Assembly (NCBI GenBank): GCA_943373145.1
Contig: CALSBI010000010.1
Span: forward strand, 137,379 to 201,378
Length of the DNA: 64,000 nucleotides
Origin: Chitinophaga pinensis
GTDB lineage: Bacteria > Bacteroidota > Bacteroidia > Chitinophagales > Chitinophagaceae
Reading direction: 5' to 3'
Shown here: in pieces, positions 46,810-56,094 of the stretch
Layout: each line of letters begins with the position of its first letter
Position numbering within the stretch: position 1 is the stretch's first letter
Notes under the pieces: generated by a model
The model's database searches: none
What the model was told of the DNA's origin: nothing
Seen by the model: the letters and a program-made list of their open reading frames with translations, nothing else
Made by a program: the position numbers and the translations under genes

Positions 46810-49800
46810 TTAATTCGTTCCATTCAACTTCAGCTCAATGCCTGTATTTACCGTAACCGTAGCGCCCTGCTGGAGTGTAAGGCTCTTGATTTCTGTATTT
46901 TGACCAACTACCGGATAATTAGATAGACCAGTTGGGATTACCACATTGGTCGTAAGCGTAGGTATGCCGCCACAGCTCCAGTTGGCCGCATTGTGCCAAT
47001 CGGTGTTTACCGTACCCGTCCAACTAACGGTGGAAGCAGGCAGCACGGTAACCGTAACGGTATTGCTACCGGGGCAGCCACTACTATTGGCCTGTAAGGT
47101 ATAAGTGGTGGTGCTGCCGGGTTTGGCATACAACTGCGCAAAGCTGCCGCTGGTATAGGGTACCGTTAGTGCGGCATTGGTAAACAAGCCGGTGGTGGGC
47201 GACCAAGTGGCGGGCAATGGCGACAAACCATAGCCGCCGTTGTAGGTGCCAATGGTTTGCAAGGGCGATGGGCTATTGGAGCGAACCCAATCATTGGGTC
47301 CATTGGCATCCGGGACAGCAATACGGATAACCCCAGCAAAACCAGATGCGTTGGTCACCATGCCTGTCCAATCCGTAGCCGTAACCCCTGTCGCCACGGC
47401 AAAAACATAGCTACCCGTATCGCTGCCGCCAAGGCCCACAGCGTCTGCCACATTACCGTTGGTATCCCTTATCACAAACCCTACTTGACTATTGGATAGG
47501 TAGAAGTTAGTAGTGCCGCCTGTGTTGAAATAGCGGTTGACCGGATCGTCGGTGCCCGTGCCCAAGTGCAATACCAATACCTCGTTGGGCGGTATTACCG
47601 TACCTGTTGGAATACTGTAACCATGGTTGCTGGTACTGCTGCCGGTGAAGTAATCATCAAACCGGTAGCCGCCTACATTGATTGGCTGTGCCGAAATATT
47701 GCTGATTTCCACAAAATCGTCATCAAGCAAGCCGATAGAGGTAGGATAAACCGCTGTTTGGCCCGTGCCGATTTTAAACAGCGTTACTTCCGTTATTTTG
47801 ATACTGCCATTACCAGCGAAGGACGACAGTTTTACCGAATCGCAGGAAATAGTGGGCACTGACGGTGTGATAACTATATGGGGAGCTGCCAATATGGTAA
47901 CCGCCATGGTGCCGGAAGTATCGCTACAGCCGGTAACCCCATCCGTTACCAACAAGCGGTATTGGCCCGTGGTATTGGCCGAAATACTTGCATTGGTGGC
48001 TCGCACGATGGGTGTAGCACCATTAAGCCATTGATAACTGGGCGAGGCTGCACTGGTAGCGCTTAACGCAATGGATTGTGCGGCCGGGGCACAAAGTGAA
48101 ATGGAACCCGTGGGGGTAATGAATACATTCGGCGGGGCATTAACGATAAAGGTAAAATCGCTACAGCCTGTGGAAACGCCCAAGGTATTGACAGATTCTA
48201 CCCGCCAAGTGTACGTACCTGGGGTGATGCCCGAGGCCAGAAAGCTGGTATCGGCGCCGGTAAAGGCCAACGAAGTAGCCGGACCTGCGCCAGCGTTGAG
48301 GTATACAAAGTATATAGTGGCATTGGGCACCCGGGGCCAACGTAGGCGTAGGGAACCGGGGCAAGCCTGACCACCATTGACGGGGAAAACAGGCGCCGCT
48401 ACACAAGGGGGCCTAGCCGATGAAACGCAAATGCTAAAATTATCGTTGATTACCGCACCCGTGCCCGCATGATACACCCTAATAAAATACGTATTACCAA
48501 TGGTGGTGGCCAATGTAATACTGTCCAACTCACTGGGCAAGGCGGCGTTTACACAAATCACAGGGATTTTGGCACCACAGGCACCCGGGGCGGCACCGCC
48601 GTCAAATACCTGAAAAGCGGTATTGAGCAACCCAGTGGCCTGTACTTTGATAAGAGTTGATGCTTCTGTGGCGGTAAACTTGTACCACAAATCATCATCG
48701 GGATTACCACATGCTGTTCCTTCGGGGGAGCCGGTTGCCCCCTTGGTATTGCCTACGATGGCGTTTTGGCCAACCACACAATCGGGATTATTGAGGTTGG
48801 TAAGCGCAAACGCCCCACTGCATTCATCATTCTCTGGTAGCGAAAACAGCACAATGCCAAACTCACCCGTAATACCCCAATCGGGGCTTTCGATGGTTAC
48901 CGTAGGGGCCGATGTATAACCACTACCACCTGTAAAGGCAATATTGGCTCCCATTAGGGTTTGTACCGATGTAGCTGTAACAGGCGTTGTAAAAGCTGCT
49001 GCGGCACCACTGCCACCACCGCCGGCAAAGCTGATCCTTGGTCCTTGGTTTTGGGGCGTGTAGCCGATATAGGCGGTTGCCGGTATCGAATAGTTGGTGC
49101 CCGGTGTAATGCTCAGCCCCGTAACGGCACCATTGTTTACCGTGGCAGTAGCCGTAGCCTGGGTACCCGTTGTTTCGTGGTGTACCCTTACAAAATAGGT
49201 TTTGTTAACAGTAAGGCCTGTTGCAGTGGTAGTGGCCGTAAAGCCCTGTGTGCCTACCGTACAGTTGGGCAGGGGCGCCAGCAGGCTATCGTACACCGAT
49301 AGGCGGGGTATAAAGCCACCCGATCCATAAATCCGCACACTTACAGTTGGGTTGGGCGCAATAAACTTAAACCACACATCTTTGGCATTGGTGGCACCGC
49401 CACAAATGGCGGGTGTGGCCGTATTGGTGGCAAAGCGGGTGGTAAATAAATTGGAAGTATTGGTAATGGTATCCCAAGCGATATTGCTGGGGAAGGCTGG
49501 CAGTGCAGGCCTGAGTATGGCCCCAGCGGGCTCATCGTTGGCCGGTGGTAGGTTGGCCGGTGGCGCTACAGGCACATAAGTTCCCGGTATAAATTTGATG
49601 GAGCTCCGGGGCATTGGCGAAATGGATAAGCCATTGGCACCCCAGTTGGCCGTCAACCCATTCTCATGCGTAAAAGAGGCGGTGTTTTCGTATTGCTGCT
49701 GCATGATTTGGCCCGGCTTGGGTATGGCATTGATAAAACCACCGCTGATACCACTACTGTAAGAATAGCGGATATTTTGTGTACCATTGTACAATTGCAT

Positions 49801-52800
49801 ATTGCCATAGTTGAACGTAATGCTTTGGTCGGAACCATCCAATACTACTTGAAAATACAATTGCGGCCCGGTTAGCCCAAATAGCGTGGTGTTAAACCAC
49901 TCCACCGTTACCTTACTGCCCGCAATGCTGTAGTAAATAACGGGTGTTGTTTTATTCAAATCATCATAAAAAGGCGCAATGATATTACGCTTGTCGCCAC
50001 CGATCACGCCAGTGCTATGCCCATTGCTGATGGCAGCCAAGGTATTGTCCCATGAATTTTCCGATACATAAGTAGCATAGGCATTGTGGAGGGAAATGTA
50101 GCCATTGGGATTTATGGAGATGGCAGTAACGGGCGAGCCTTGGTACACAAAACCTGCCGAGCTGATATTAATGCCCGTTTGTGCGGTTTCATCACCACTG
50201 GCCGAAGAAAGTGTGCCCGTGCCATCGCCGCCTTGCGCAACAGGAGCGATGGACTGATAAACATTGTTAGTGGTTCGGGTAACCGTATAGTTCAGTGCCG
50301 GTGGCGGCGTGTACGTACTGGTCCAAGCAAAATAATCATCTCCCGTAGGAACGATGGGGCCGGGTGCGGTAACGAGTGACGTGCTTTTGGAACCTGTGGC
50401 AGGCAATGCGCCTGTACCGGTAGCAAGGCTCCTAACCGTCCATGGGCCAGCCGATGCGGCAGCTTGCGAAATGCGCAAGCTCGCATTATCCGACACCAAG
50501 GTATCACGGCCATTCCAGTGCATCGTAACATTGGGAGATGTACCGTAAATAGCGCCGTTACTGCTGCTTACCCGATAAGCCCTGGTACCAATGGCCCCAC
50601 CCGCAGGTGCTGCCGTTCTGCTTACGGTAAGGGAGGTAACCGTAGAGCCGTCTGTAGCACCGGAGGCCGTACCCGGATAGATGGCAAAAGTAGCATCGAA
50701 AGGATAGCTTGCACCAACGCCCCCATTGGAACCGCCCCGCAAACTGAGGGTAATGGCACCATTGGTCACATGGGCAGTTTCTGTACCAAGTGCACCAATA
50801 TAGAGCGGCGAAGAACACAACAGCGTATTACCGCCCATATTCAACACACCGCTGTTGAGTACTAATGGACTGGAAGAGCCAAACAATTCGAGGTTGCCGT
50901 TGAGGTTGAGGCTACCGGGAGCGGTAGTGCTACCGCCCAATGTTAGCCGGTTCAGTTTTCGGTTGGCAGGTATAACCGCATCGTCGGTATTGGGTATTAA
51001 GGCATTACCGGGCGCCACCGTAGTAATGGTAAGGTTGTACAAGGCAATGGTGCAGGACAAAGCCGAGGCCACCGTGGTAAAGGTGCCGCCCTGTGCCGTG
51101 CCGCTGGTGGTACCTACTGTTACCGCTGGGGCAGTTACATAACCATAGCCTGCATTGGTAACCGTAAAATCGTTCAACTGTCCATTGCTGCCAATGATGG
51201 CCGTGGCCGTGGGCCAGCAACCAGCCGGAAAAGCCAGCGTGGCACCAGATCCGCCACCGCCCGTAAAACTCAAGGTTGGTGGTACCGAGTAAAGGGCCGT
51301 TGTATTGGTATTCAGATAAACGGAAATCAGTTTACCTTGCTGAACTATTATGGAAAAATCGGCACTTGTCAACGCAGTACCTGATACCAAGGTACCACCG
51401 GTAACCGTAATGGTAGGTGCCGTGGTATAGCTGCTGCCACCGGCCGTAACCAAGTTGATGCCGGTAGGACCGCTAAAGCCCACTGTGGGCGCCACCGTAT
51501 AATCAACGCCGCCAACACCCGCTATGATATTTCCCACCCCTGATTGTGATAGGGCCGATTGATTGCTGTTGATGGTAAGGCCACCATCTATATTGGCAGC
51601 ACCGGATTTTTCTACTGTGCTTACAGCCGGGCCGGTAACGGGCCGGATATATATAGCTGTGGCCGCCGCCGCCTGCGTAAAGGAACCACTGAACGTGATG
51701 GAGGGTGCTGTATTATAGCCACTGCCCGCATTGACCAAATTGAGGCTACGCACCGTTTGCGTGGTAGCATCATGATTTACCGTAACAGTAGCAGCCGTAC
51801 CCGCATAGCGGAAGGCCGCTGTACCGGAGATAAGCACACCCGATACATGCACCGGCGGAGCAGCCGCATCCGGCACACCAGCAACGGTACAGGTGTACAG
51901 GTTGTTGCCATAAAAATATTGTGTACCCACCGTGGTGGTGCCTAAAGAAAAGGGATTGCCAATGGTACCCAAGTTGCCCAGCCACAACAAAGTGGCCGTG
52001 CCATTGGTAGCGGTACCGGTAGTATGGCTAGGTGCCGTAGTGGCGTTAAATGTACCGCTTACCGTGCATAGGTACACCCTAGTGCCCGTGTAATAGCGCA
52101 GACCCGAAGTAGCGCTACCCGATGCCGTCCATGCATTTACACTGCTGCCAAATACAACCGGTGCCGTGGCAAAACCTGCACCCATGCCCGTTACCACCAC
52201 ATTGGCCACCTGCGTATTTAAAGCTTGACCGGCTACTTGGGCCGTATTATCAATGAATAATTTACCATTTGTATTGAGGTTGCCCAGTGTAAGCCCAAAA
52301 TTACCGGTAACCAAGTTGCGGGAAGTGGTGATGGAACTATTGCCCGTACCGTGAAAACTCAAGCCATCTACAATAGCATGGGTAGCATTGCCGGCAAAAG
52401 TACCCACCCCGCTAAAATTTTGATTGGCGCTCCCACCGTTCTGCAGGGCACCATTCATTTTGATGGCAGTAGATCGCACTGCGAGGTTGCAAAAACCATT
52501 GTTTACAAAGTTGCCCCCGATGTTTATGGTTTGCCCTGTCAATGAACCTGATGTATAGGGCAAAAACTTGGCGCCGGGGTTTACAGTAAGGTTGCCAATG
52601 AGCGTCATGGTATTGCTCGCCGTTCCCCATTGCAGTACACCCGAGCTGCCCTGCCCAATGGTAAGGTTACGGATACCCGTTACGGCTATATCCACTGTTA
52701 CGGTAGCCCCATCCGTTATCACCACATCATCGCCCGCCAAAGGCAGTACCCCACTCTGCCAGGTAGCAGGGCTGCTCCAAAGCCCACCGCCGGGCTTACT

Positions 52801-54201
52801 GGTTACCGTGGTGGATACATAAGTAGTAAAACTATTCACCACACAACCCGTGGGCGAACCCAATGCGTTGATGGGCACCACTTTCCAATAGTATGTGGTA
52901 CTGTAATTGAGGTTGGTGGGGGCATAGTTGTTGCTCGACACAGTGGCTACCCTTACAGATGGGTTTTCCGCCGCTACCAAAGCACTGTTTACACCCAAGT
53001 AAATATGGTAGCCCGTTGTAGATGGCGTGGCACCTACCGAAGACCAAAGCAGATTTTGTGCAATAGGGATACCACTGGAGCCATCGCTGGGAGTAAAACT
53101 GGTTGGACAATTGGGTATAGCCTGCGCAGGCATGGTGATGGTGCCGAAAAGTGGATTGGTGGTAAGATAGGCAGGCGTACCGATGCAATTGGTATTGTAA
53201 GCATACACATAAAAGTCGTAGCTGGTAAGCGGAACAAGACCTGTGAGTGCAAAACCGGTAACGTTGCTTGGTTGCGCAAACATTACCGTACCTGCACCCA
53301 ATGTAGTACCCGCAATATAAGTGGTGCCAGATACGGGGTTGGTGGGTGTGGCCCCTGCCGGATAGCGTACAATCAAATGACCGCTGGGCGAACCCGTGGC
53401 AGCGGTAAAGCTGCCATTTATTTGAGAGCCGTGGGGTGCCGCCAATACCAAATTGGTGGGTTGGGCACTGGGGGTTACACAGGGTGCTGGTGAAAACCAA
53501 GTGAAGGTAAGGCCATTGCTAGGCATCAGTGTATTGGATGAGCTACAAGTGGATGTATTGCTGGAACCTGCAACAGTGTTAGACCAATTTGAAATGATTG
53601 CCCGGTTGTTGAAATCTGCATTGCTTGTACCCCGCAGCCCCACTTGGAGGGAATAACTGTTGGTATTGGTGGCGGTGCAGTTGCCATACACCACTTGTAC
53701 GGTTTGATTGCCAGCTACACCCCCGCCCTCTTGCAACGTGATTTGGAAATTCAGCACATCGCCAGTAATGCTGCCCAAATTGTAACGCCGGGCATTGCTC
53801 CATTGAACAACATAAGATCGGTTGGGCGCCGTACCCGTTACGGCAGCTTCAATGCCAGTACCATTGCTTATCAGGTCCCGGGCAAAAGCGGCCACACAAC
53901 CCGCATAGGCCGTGCTGCTGGATATAGGTACATAACCCGTAGCGCTAGAGATGGTAGCGCCAAAAGTGATGTATCCATTGGTGTTTACCGATATGGAATT
54001 GTAGGCTGTACCATTGAATGTAAAGGTAAAAGGGAGCGCTACGGTTGACGTGGCATCATCCCAACCCGAGCTATGTAAAACCGTACCGGAAATGGGTGTA
54101 TAAGTGCCTGCAGCTTGCGCAAAGCTGTAGTTGGATACCTGCGCTTGGCCGGTGCTAATCAATAAGAAAACAGTGACCAACAGTGTATAAAATCTTGCCA
54201 T
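46810..54201 (-). CDS. giant secreted multidomain protein (NIDO-like x2, FN3/Ig-like, PPC-like, lamin-tail-domain-like, shared C-terminal module)
   Basis: The 2463-aa ORF has a signal peptide (MARFYTLLVTVFLLISTGQAQ). LTD-like sequence: IKITEV...DDDFVEISNISAQPINVGGYRF. NIDO-like sequence: FTFNGTAYNSISVNTNGYITFG and IIAPFYDDLN. The C-terminus is WTGTVNTDWHNAANWSCG...LTLQQGATVTVNTGIELKLNGTN. Confidence 0.9.
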   Translation of the reverse strand: MARFYTLLVTVFLLISTGQAQVSNYSFAQAAGTYTPISGTVLHSSGWDDATSTVALPFTFTFNGTAYNSISVNTNGYITFGATISSATGYVPISSSTAYAGCVAAFARDLISNGTGIEAAVTGTAPNRSYVVQWSNARRYNLGSITGDVLNFQITLQEGGGVAGNQTVQVVYGNCTATNTNSYSLQVGLRGTSNADFNNRAIISNWSNTVAGSSNTSTCSSSNTLMPSNGLTFTWFSPAPCVTPSAQPTNLVLAAPHGSQINGSFTAATGSPSGHLIVRYPAGATPTNPVSGTTYIAGTTLGAGTVMFAQPSNVTGFALTGLVPLTSYDFYVYAYNTNCIGTPAYLTTNPLFGTITMPAQAIPNCPTSFTPSDGSSGIPIAQNLLWSSVGATPSTTGYHIYLGVNSALVAAENPSVRVATVSSNNYAPTNLNYSTTYYWKVVPINALGSPTGCVVNSFTTYVSTTVTSKPGGGLWSSPATWQSGVLPLAGDDVVITDGATVTVDIAVTGIRNLTIGQGSSGVLQWGTASNTMTLIGNLTVNPGAKFLPYTSGSLTGQTINIGGNFVNNGFCNLAVRSTAIKMNGALQNGGSANQNFSGVGTFAGNATHAIVDGLSFHGTGNSSITTSRNLVTGNFGLTLGNLNTNGKLFIDNTAQVAGQALNTQVANVVVTGMGAGFATAPVVFGSSVNAWTASGSATSGLRYYTGTRVYLCTVSGTFNATTAPSHTTGTATNGTATLLWLGNLGTIGNPFSLGTTTVGTQYFYGNNLYTCTVAGVPDAAAPPVHVSGVLISGTAAFRYAGTAATVTVNHDATTQTVRSLNLVNAGSGYNTAPSITFSGSFTQAAAATAIYIRPVTGPAVSTVEKSGAANIDGGLTINSNQSALSQSGVGNIIAGVGGVDYTVAPTVGFSGPTGINLVTAGGSSYTTAPTITVTGGTLVSGTALTSADFSIIVQQGKLISVYLNTNTTALYSVPPTLSFTGGGGSGATLAFPAGCWPTATAIIGSNGQLNDFTVTNAGYGYVTAPAVTVGTTSGTAQGGTFTTVASALSCTIALYNLTITTVAPGNALIPNTDDAVIPANRKLNRLTLGGSTTAPGSLNLNGNLELFGSSSPLVLNSGVLNMGGNTLLCSSPLYIGALGTETAHVTNGAITLSLRGGSNGGVGASYPFDATFAIYPGTASGATDGSTVTSLTVSRTAAPAGGAIGTRAYRVSSSNGAIYGTSPNVTMHWNGRDTLVSDNASLRISQAAASAGPWTVRSLATGTGALPATGSKSTSLVTAPGPIVPTGDDYFAWTSTYTPPPALNYTVTRTTNNVYQSIAPVAQGGDGTGTLSSASGDETAQTGINISSAGFVYQGSPVTAISINPNGYISLHNAYATYVSENSWDNTLAAISNGHSTGVIGGDKRNIIAPFYDDLNKTTPVIYYSIAGSKVTVEWFNTTLFGLTGPQLYFQVVLDGSDQSITFNYGNMQLYNGTQNIRYSYSSGISGGFINAIPKPGQIMQQQYENTASFTHENGLTANWGANGLSISPMPRSSIKFIPGTYVPVAPPANLPPANDEPAGAILRPALPAFPSNIAWDTITNTSNLFTTRFATNTATPAICGGATNAKDVWFKFIAPNPTVSVRIYGSGGFIPRLSVYDSLLAPLPNCTVGTQGFTATTTATGLTVNKTYFVRVHHETTGTQATATATVNNGAVTGLSITPGTNYSIPATAYIGYTPQNQGPRISFAGGGGSGAAAAFTTPVTATSVQTLMGANIAFTGGSGYTSAPTVTIESPDWGITGEFGIVLFSLPENDECSGAFALTNLNNPDCVVGQNAIVGNTKGATGSPEGTACGNPDDDLWYKFTATEASTLIKVQATGLLNTAFQVFDGGAAPGACGAKIPVICVNAALPSELDSITLATTIGNTYFIRVYHAGTGAVINDNFSICVSSARPPCVAAPVFPVNGGQACPGSLRLRWPRVPNATIYFVYLNAGAGPATSLAFTGADTSFLASGITPGTYTWRVESVNTLGVSTGCSDFTFIVNAPPNVFITPTGSISLCAPAAQSIALSATSAASPSYQWLNGATPIVRATNASISANTTGQYRLLVTDGVTGCSDTSGTMAVTILAAPHIVITPSVPTISCDSVKLSSFAGNGSIKITEVTLFKIGTGQTAVYPTSIGLLDDDFVEISNISAQPINVGGYRFDDYFTGSSTSNHGYSIPTGTVIPPNEVLVLHLGTGTDDPVNRYFNTGGTTNFYLSNSQVGFVIRDTNGNVADAVGLGGSDTGSYVFAVATGVTATDWTGMVTNASGFAGVIRIAVPDANGPNDWVRSNSPSPLQTIGTYNGGYGLSPLPATWSPTTGLFTNAALTVPYTSGSFAQLYAKPGSTTTYTLQANSSGCPGSNTVTVTVLPASTVSWTGTVNTDWHNAANWSCGGIPTLTTNVVIPTGLSNYPVVGQNTEIKSLTLQQGATVTVNTGIELKLNGTN

Positions 54202-54231
54202 AGTATTTCGTTTTGCCGTTTTGTGGGCTTT

Positions 54232-54254
54232 TTATCAACGATGGGGGCCTTTCC
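54232..54254 (-). promoter_or_regulatory. shared upstream box, diverged copy 4 (31 nt upstream of the 2463-aa gene start)
   Basis: The plus-strand ttatcaacgatgggggcctttcc keeps ttatca-N5/6-tggggg. Confidence 0.35.
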
Positions 54255-54370
54255 GAAACCCTTTGAATAAAGTTGGCAAAAGTACAATTATCACTTTATA
54301 GTATTTATGCTTTTTTAAAGCCGAAACGGTTGGGTTTAAATACAGTCCTTTTGGGGCAAAATTCGGCTGC

Positions 54371-54607
54371 GGACTGGGGACTGGATACTTGGATACTGGG
54401 GACTTGATACTTGATACTGGGGACTTGATACTAGATACTTGTATCTGCTATCCGCTATCCAGAATCCAGTATCCAGTATCTGCTATCCAGCCATGCCTAC
54501 GGCTTGGTGTCGGCAAAGCCTCCACATCCCCGTCCGAACGGCTTCGGCCGGGCGGGCAGCATCCAGCATCCGCTATCCAGCATCCAGCATCCGCTATCCA
54601 CCCATCC
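54371..54607. repeat. intergenic heptamer-repeat mosaic with core motif (instance h)
   Basis: It has a ggactgg/ggatact/tgatact run, then a ctgctat/ccgctat/ccagtat run. The core ccatgcctacggcttggtgtcggcaaagcctccacatcc is at 54491..54529, followed by a ccagcat/ccgctat run. Confidence 0.9.
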
Positions 54608-55303
54608 CTACCTCCCCCTTACCAACTGCCAGTATCCATCCGTCAATTCGTTCAGCACCGCCAGCAGTTGCGCCATTTCTGGCGAAGGGTAAAGGGTTTG
54701 TTGTGCTTGTATGCGGTTGGCCAGCAGTTGATAGGCTTCGGTAGCGCTGGTCCGCAGTTGGGTAAAGCTTTTATCCGGCCGGGCCGCCCGTTCATCCGAG
54801 CGGTTGAGCCAAGTGGTTTCAAAAGCGAGGTTGGCCCGCTGCAGTTCTTGTGCCCAGCCTTTTACCAGTGGCAGGGTGTTGGCAGCATCGGCCATCGGGC
54901 CATCACCCTGCATCAGGCTTACCAATGCCTCAATCACCGTGGTTTTAGCCATATAGTTGAGCAGGGTGAGTTTTTTACCATAGCGGCGCATGCCATGCAG
55001 GATGGCTTCGCCAGCTTTTACGATGGCGGCATCGTAATGGCGGGTACAGGCACTGGCCAATAGGTGCAAGCCGGTAAGGGCCTTGTCACGTTGATTGTTG
55101 AGGGCTTTCAGTTCTTCCGTTAGCGGTTCCCGCCGCCATCTAGACAGCCGCCCCAGCAAGGGCTGTATGGCCGTTTCCAATCCTTCGAGTGCCGCTGCAA
55201 TCGGCGGCGGCAGTTCATACTGTTTACAAATGTCGATGTGCTGCCGCAGCAGGTGCAAAAACTCCCCCTTGCGCAGCGGCCCGAATGGCGGTACTGTTAA
55301 CAT
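54608..55303 (-). CDS. hypothetical helical protein
   Basis: The 231-aa ORF has ordinary composition and no signal peptide. Its competitor, plus-strand ORF 54389..55063, starts inside heptamer repeats and is Pro/Arg/Ser-biased. Confidence 0.6.
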   Translation of the reverse strand: MLTVPPFGPLRKGEFLHLLRQHIDICKQYELPPPIAAALEGLETAIQPLLGRLSRWRREPLTEELKALNNQRDKALTGLHLLASACTRHYDAAIVKAGEAILHGMRRYGKKLTLLNYMAKTTVIEALVSLMQGDGPMADAANTLPLVKGWAQELQRANLAFETTWLNRSDERAARPDKSFTQLRTSATEAYQLLANRIQAQQTLYPSPEMAQLLAVLNELTDGYWQLVRGR

Positions 55304-55395
55304 GGCAATGTTATTTTGTTAAGTAGCTTGCAGCAACAAAATTAGGCGGGGCTTTTAAACCGAAATGTTAAAATTGGCCCATCGGTGGCAAAAAA

Positions 55396-55602
55396 ATAAG
55401 CGTCTACTTGGTAGTCGGTTATTTTTATTCCAAAAAATTATTGGCTACTAAGTAGCCTATTATTCTTTTGGAAATAATTATGTGCTTACTAGGTAGGTAA
55501 CTATTTTTTTGTATAAATTATATGTCTACTAAGTAGGCAACTATTCTTTTGTAATAAATTATGTACCTACCATGTAGACACCTATTTTTTGGAATAAATA
55601 GG
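55396..55602. repeat. five tandem ~41-bp units, each an imperfect 6-7-bp-stem palindrome plus a conserved AT-rich tail
   Basis: The units start near 55396, 55439, 55479, 55519 and 55561. The palindromes are gtctacttggtagtc, ggctactaagtagcc, gcttactaggtaggt, gtctactaagtaggc and acctaccatgtagac. Each is followed by (a)ctatt.tttt.g.aataaatta. Confidence 0.85.
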
Positions 55603-55662
55603 CTTCCATCAGGGCAGTTGGAGGCTTTACCAGTACCAAGAAGTGTTGGTGCAGCGTGCATT

Positions 55663-55850
55663 GGGGATTTGGGAATTGGATATTGGGTATTGGTTCACGC
55701 CTGCGGCGTGATGTCGGCTGCGCCTCCAATTGGGAACGAGCAATCCGTGTAATCAGTGCAATTCCTCTTAATCCGTGGTAAAGGAATTGGGTATCTGTGT
55801 AACCTGACTGCCGTCAGGCAGGTCCTTGCAATCCGTCTAAATCCGTGGCC
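55663..55850. repeat. intergenic repeat mosaic with core motif (instance i)
   Basis: It has a gggattt/gggaatt/ggtattg run. The best-preserved core, tcacgcctgcggcgtgatgtcggctgcgcctccaattgggaac, is at 55695..55737. It is followed by aatccgtg-type units, which are the reverse complement of the cacggatt units of instance b. Confidence 0.85.
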
Positions 55851-56094
55851 CCCATGTTAACAAAACATTATCTCTATTTTAGGCATCAACAATTATGTTG
55901 ATCTTGTGTTGAAGACCTGATAGGCGCCTATACTTTCCAAACCAGACAACTTGTATCATCTAATAACCTCGCTTGGGGTTGGGGCTCATTGCTAGCTAAC
56001 GGTAATTATCTACCATCAACGGGCTAACCAACGTACCATGTTATTGCTTGATACAAGCGGTCTATCATTTTAACCAAATTAAAAATTAAGAATT

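Noticed and set aside
47257-54048. ORFs on both strands overlap the 2463-aa gene (for example 52630..53493 plus, 52832..53500 minus in another frame, 50464..50865).
   Set aside because: They have the same shadow-ORF signature. The in-frame 2463-aa product has a signal peptide, recognisable domains and a conserved C-terminus. The alternatives have none of these.
54389-55063. A 224-aa plus-strand ORF lies antisense to the 231-aa gene.
   Set aside because: Its first ~70 codons are translated heptamer repeats plus the core motif, and the rest is Arg/Pro/Gly-biased. The minus-strand ORF has normal helical-protein composition.
55396-55602. Possible CRISPR array, because of regularly spaced palindromic repeats.
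   Set aside because: There are only five units. The inter-palindrome segments are about 25 bp, AT-rich and conserved between units, so they are not unique spacers. No cas genes or leader are present.
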